Positions 59,701 through 64,000 of a stretch of DNA of 64,000 nt are shown here, in pieces. The stretch comes from Candidatus Latescibacterota bacterium. GTDB lineage: Bacteria > Latescibacterota > UBA2968. Position numbers and translations under genes: made by a program. The notes beneath the pieces were generated by a model. That model made no database searches and had not been told where the DNA came from. It was given only the letters and a program-made list of their open reading frames with translations. The DNA is taken from positions 4,224,001 to 4,288,000 of the forward strand of contig OZ240241.1 in the NCBI GenBank assembly GCA_965198115.1, written 5' to 3'. Position 1 is the first letter of the stretch, and each line of letters starts with the position of its first letter.

Positions 59701-61995
59701 GAGGGCGATGCGAACCTCGTCCAGATTAATCTCACCGTCATCACCGGCGATGTCCTCGAGGATGCCTCGAAGATCGTCCGTCAGGAAGCCGAACCACGAA
59801 ATCGCCGGCGTCGGCGGCGGAGCACCCGGCTCCAGCAGCGTCGCCTCGATGTCGAACAGTACGTCGATCAACTCCTGCGGGAGATCGCCGAAGGGTGGCG
59901 GTGGAGGGCCACCGCCGAGGGCGATGCGAACCTCGTCCAGATTGATCTCACCGTCGTCACCCGCGATGTCCTCGAGGATGCCCCGAAGATCGTCAGTCAA
60001 GAAACCGAACCAAGCAATTGCAGGCGTCGTCGGTCCCGCCCCCGACTCCAACAGTGTCGCTTCGATATCGAACAGCACGTCCAGCAACTCTTGCGGTAGA
60101 TCGCCGAAGGGGGGCGGTGGGGACCCACCACCGAGGGCGATGCGGACCTCTTCCAAGTCGATCTCACCGTCATCACCGGCGATGTCCTCGAGAATGCCTC
60201 GAAGATCGTCAGTCAGGAAACCGAACCAAGCGCTCGCGGGCGACGTTGGCGGCGCACCGTCCTCCAGCAGCGTCGCCTCGATGTCGAACAAAACGTCCAG
60301 CAGTTCCTGAGGAAGGTCGCCAAAGGGAGGCGGAGGCTGGCCGCCGAAGAGGGCGGCACGGACTTCGTCCAGGTTGATCTCACCGTCATCGCCAGCGATG
60401 TCCTCGAGCAGAGCGCGAAGATCGTCGGTCAGAAAGCCGAACCACGAAACAGCCGGCGTCGTCGGTGGTGCGCCAGGTTCCTCCAGGGTCGCGAGAATGT
60501 CGTGCAACACACTGACCAGTTCATCCGGGAAATCACCCGGAGGCGGCGGACCGAAGTCGAAGATGCCGTCGAGAGCCCGGAAGACATCGTCGAGTACAAA
60601 CTGCCCGTTTGAGCCGCCGAGCAGTTCCAGAAGCTCGATGTCCCGATCATCGCTCAGACGTGAACGGAATTCCTCGATCGAAAGCAGGAATCCGGGAGGC
60701 TCACCTTCGAGCCGAACTCTCATTTCCTCAAGAAGGTCTCTTAAAACCTGGCTGAGAATGACCGGCTCGTCCGGTCCTCCGAATCCGGGTTCCAGCTGCT
60801 CAAAGAACTCGATGATGTCCGCGCTCAGGCCACCACCTTCGTGCTCGACCACAAACACGTTGACCGGCGTGTCGAGCTGAACGTCACCGAAGGAAGCCGG
60901 TTCGAACGCCGGTGGTGGGATCGGCTCGGTGGGATCGACAGGCGGTGGCTCCGTTCCAGGAAGAATGCGCCGATACTCGGTCTCTGGAACGGTGCCGATT
61001 AGTTGGACGGTCCCATCTTCCTGAGTAACCTCGAACTCGCCCGTCGCGGGATCGACAAACGTGATGACACCAAACACCCAGAACCCTTGTCCATCGGGGC
61101 CAGGCGGGGGCTGGCTGAAGAAGATGTCGAAGTCATCCCTATCGATATCCCCGTCGCCATCGAGGTCCGACGCTTCAGGTTCGGCCACCCAGAAAGCGAC
61201 ATCGGCATCATCCAGGATGCCGTTGCCATCAAAATCGCCGAAGATGAACTCGGGAGGTTGTCCCCCTGGAATGAATCCAGGCGGCGGATTGGCCGGATCG
61301 AACTGGGTATTGAAGACAGGGACCCCGTAGAATAGATCGAAGTCTTCGACGCCTACCTCCCCATTGCCATCGAGGTCACCGGCTTCCGGAAGTCCCGCCC
61401 AGGCAAAGAAGTCCGAGAAGTCCACCAGTCCATTGAAGTCGAAATCGGGGCCAATTCCTGACGGAGGAGGCTGGTTGGGATCCGTTGGGTCGCTAGGGGG
61501 CGGCTGGTTGGGGTCGGTGCCGAAGAAGGAGTCCCCGAAGAAGAGATCGAAATCGAGTGTATCGATCACGCCGTCACCGTTCAGATCCCCAGCCTCAGGC
61601 AGTGACGCCCAGAGGATGAAATCCCCGAAATCGACGGCTCCAGTCCCATCGTAGTCAGGCCCTGGAAGCGGAGGTGGCTGATTCGGATCGGTCGGATCAC
61701 CCGGAGGGGGCGGCGGAGGCTGGTTCGGATCGACCGTCGTGCCAAAAACGGGTCCGCCGAAGAAGAGGTCGAAGTCCTCGACGCCTACCTGCCCGTTACC
61801 GTCCAGGTCACCCGCCTCAGGCAGCGACGCCCAAATTAGGAAGTCGCCAAACCCCACCACGCCGTCCCCATCATAATCGGGCCCTGCAGGTGGCGGATCC
61901 TGAGCAAGAGCAGGTGAGAGCGAGATCAAGGTTACGCCCACCACGGCTGTCAGCGCGACTGCGGCGCCCCGGTAATTTTGAAACCACCGCAACAT
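53798..61995 (-). CDS. Giant secreted acidic multidomain protein (~2,730 aa; 3 frameshifts): dockerin/EF-hand modules, 72-aa repeats, DUF5666-like, Ig-like, three cohesin-like domains, FlgD/T9SS-like C-terminal sorting domain
   Basis: ggagg RBS; signal peptide ending PALA|QD; frames 58102..62064, 57152..58105, 55224..57149, 53798..55306 join at ~58162, ~57325, ~55240; C-terminus LTQNYPNPFNPET...IYNVLGQQV...WDGRD..G..VASGLYF...KMMLLK. Confidence 0.82.
59476..60552 (-). repeat. Five tandem 216-bp (72-aa) intragenic repeats
   Basis: Motif recurs at 59476, 59692, 59908, ~60124, ~60340; unit PPPPFGDLPQELLDVLFDIEATLLE.GAPP.TPA.SWFGFLTDDLRGILEDIAGDDGEINLDEVRIALGGG. Confidence 0.92.
61115..61885 (-). 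repeat. Four paired EF-hand/dockerin-like modules separated by Pro-rich linkers
   Basis: PD(Y/F)D..G.V.F.DF..WA.LPEAGDL(D/N)G.G.....DFDLF three times plus a divergent fourth; linkers DPNQPPP. Confidence 0.85.
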
Positions 61996-62048
61996 AGCTA
62001 CCCTCCGATGAGAAATGACGATGCGACTTCGTAACAGATAGACCCTTA

Positions 62049-63310
62049 GTACTCCTGTTCGCAAATACGGTGACGTATTCTAAGCAGACTTTGCCAAGGG
62101 CGTATCGTAGAACCTGAGTTTGTCGATCATCTCCGCGAGATCTGTTCGTGTGAACTTCCATTTGAAGGGTGTGGCGATACGTCCGTAGCGTTCCTGAAAA
62201 CCGAGGATTCTTGCCTCAAGCTCTTCGAGCGATGCAAATTCGATAGGTGTCAGAGCCTTGCGTTTGAGGATCGAGAAGTAGATCTCGATCTGATTGAGCC
62301 AGCTTGCGTGGATCGGAAGGTGAACGGGGTGGATGTTTGGCCACTTCCCCTGGATACGGTCGATGCATGTTTGCCCTCGGTGCGAGGAGCCATTATCCAC
62401 GATGAGGTAGACTTTCTTTGCCGAGCAATAGGGTTTCCGGCTCATGATCAGGCTCAGGAGCCGGTTGAAGGGCTCGATACCCGAAGAAGACTCACAGAGA
62501 CCGAAGATTCGACCATTGTGCACGTCGAGAGCAGCCAGATAGGCCAGGGCTCCTTTCCGCTCGTATTCGTGTTTCAACGCGTGCCGCTCTGTTCGAGGCT
62601 GGCGGTAGGGTAACGTGCTTGCGAGCTCGTGCTTGAATACTGGTCTTTTCGTCGGCAGAAAGTACATATTCCCTCGGCCCTAAAGGCTTTCCTTGCCATT
62701 GGCGGTGATACAGATCAAGGACTCTACCTGCTTTGGTTTGGAAGTCCGGGTCCCGTGGGAAAATCCAGGAGCGATGATACCAAGGACGAATCGCGTCCTC
62801 GTTCAACCAGCGCCAGACAGTGGCGCCGCTGATCTTGGCAACGAAGCCCCTTTGCACTGCCTCGGCGGCAATCTCGGAACAGCTGAACCGCGAGAGCGGT
62901 ATCCCGCTCTCGCTCGGTAGTTCACACGCCAGCGCCTTGATCTGAACGACCACCTGAGGGGGGAAAACCGGGCGGGCGCCCGGGACGAGATCTATCTTCG
63001 AGTCCCGAAAGACGCTCTTCGAAAAAGCGCTTACGCCATTTGCTTACGATCGGACGCGGGACATCCAACCGTTGGGCGATAATCTTGTTGGATAATCCCT
63101 CGGCGGCGAGAAGCACGATTTTCGATCGGATCACTTGATAATACGGTAACGTATATTGTCCAGCCATTCGCTCGAGGTCGACCCGTTCCTTCTCAGACAG
63201 TAGCACCACATAAGGCGAACGTCTTGGCATTGTTCTCCTCCTTTTGAAGGAGAACATAAGCTACAAATAATGTTCAGAACATACGTAATAATGTTTATGA
63301 AACCATGCAC
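62049..63310 (-). mobile_element. IS630 family insertion sequence with TA duplication
   Basis: TA at 62047-62048 and 63311-63312 (empty site CTTAAG); imperfect IRs gtactcctgttcgcaaatacggtgacgt / gtgcatggtttcataaacattattacgt. Confidence 0.8.
62080..63230 (-). CDS. IS630 family transposase in three frames (probable programmed frameshift ~62960; extra indel ~62573)
   Basis: HTH (RSKIVLLAAEG...KWRKRF...RPGRP), TTTTCCCCCC slippery run, ADEKT, HEYERKG, IVDN, HLP.HASWLNQIE DDE motifs. Confidence 0.88.
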
Positions 63311-63313
63311 TAA

Positions 63314-63345
63314 GAAGCCCCCATCAAAATTAGATGGGGGCTTTC
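63314..63345 (-). terminator. Hairpin, likely terminator of the SCO gene
   Basis: aagcccccatc-aaaatta-gatgggggctt. Confidence 0.55.
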
Positions 63346-63422
63346 GACTTTCAGATAAAGTATCCCGAATTTTCCTTCGTGCCTTGGTGCCGGAGCCAGC
63401 CCCGAGTATAGTCGAGGGTGGT

Positions 63423-64000
63423 TTATGCTCCTTCTGCAAGCACCTTCTGAATCAGTCCTGCAATGATGGTCGCGCTGTCACCCGGCTGCGAGAGATAGCG
63501 TAGATCCCCATCCGGATCGATCAGATAGACGAGCGTCGTATGGTCGACCAGATAGCCGGCCTCGGTTTCTTCTTCCGAACGTTTGTAATAGACGCCGTAA
63601 CCTCCTGCGGCGACCCGGTTCACTTCCTCCGGCGTACCCGTCAAGCCGATGACCGGCATCTGCCAGTATTCCAGGTAAGCCTTGATCCGATCGGGCGTAT
63701 CGCGCTCCGGATCCACGCTTACCCACACGACCTGCAGCTGCTCCCTAGCTTCCCCCAGCAGGTCATACACTTGGGAGAGCTTTGAAAGCGTCGTCGGACA
63801 CGCATCCGGGCAGGTCGTGAACCCAAAGAACAGAAGGACCACGCGGCCTCGCAGCGCCCGAGAATCGAACGACGCGCCGTGCTGGTCCGTGAGGAAGAAA
63901 TCATCGCCGAAATCCAGCTTCTTCAGTTCAGGAAGCTCGACCTCCTCTGCCACATCCTGTGACGGCACTCTCTCTTGAGTCTGCTTGCAAGCAACTGTGC
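63423..64000 (-). CDS. SCO1/SenC family copper-binding lipoprotein (5' end beyond window)
   Basis: FFGFTTCPDAC (CxxxC), SVDPERDTP, Y.VDHT; frame open to the window end with a TVAC lipobox-like sequence. Confidence 0.92.
   Translation of the reverse strand, partial: TVACKQTQERVPSQDVAEEVELPELKKLDFGDDFFLTDQHGASFDSRALRGRVVLLFFGFTTCPDACPTTLSKLSQVYDLLGEAREQLQVVWVSVDPERDTPDRIKAYLEYWQMPVIGLTGTPEEVNRVAAGGYGVYYKRSEEETEAGYLVDHTTLVYLIDPDGDLRYLSQPGDSATIIAGLIQKVLAEGA

Noticed and set aside
58336-60310. Repetitive plus-strand ORFs (587 aa and 372 aa)
   Set aside because: Antisense reading of the 216-bp repeats in the giant gene.
59476-60552. Possible CRISPR array or DGR template/variable repeats
   Set aside because: Contiguous in-frame 216-bp coding units with no spacers, no cas or reverse transcriptase gene, and no adenine-specific variation noticed.

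Overview
GC-rich bacterial DNA, almost all genes on the minus strand. The gene content (DUF6785/6784 membrane protein, Gfo/Idh/MocA, PhyH, ceramidase-like, sulfatase, cohesin/dockerin protein with an NYPNPFNP-type C-terminal sorting domain) suggests an FCB-group organism such as Candidatus Latescibacterota; this is inferred, not tested. About 45 genes are mostly catabolic: an acid-sugar module (2.9-6.6 kb), a cyclic-amide/hydantoin operon with a dimethylformamidase-beta homolog (8.2-17.4 kb), and hydrolase, oxidoreductase and GNAT blocks. There is also a propeller-sensor PP2C phosphatase, ZIP/thioredoxin/NnrS genes and an SCO lipoprotein. The main feature is a ~2,730-aa acidic secreted protein (53.8-62.0 kb) combining cohesins, dockerin/EF-hand modules, DUF5666-like domains and five 72-aa repeats with a penta-EF-hand-like loop. 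Mobile DNA: an ISL3 unit bounded by two inverted copies of the same end, carrying an IS256 fragment and splitting a HAD gene; an intact IS256; and an IS630 just upstream of the giant gene. About 14 apparent frameshifts are probably sequencing indels, and half of them sit at CCGG. I saw no rRNA, tRNA or CRISPR array. All family calls come from motif reading, not database searches.
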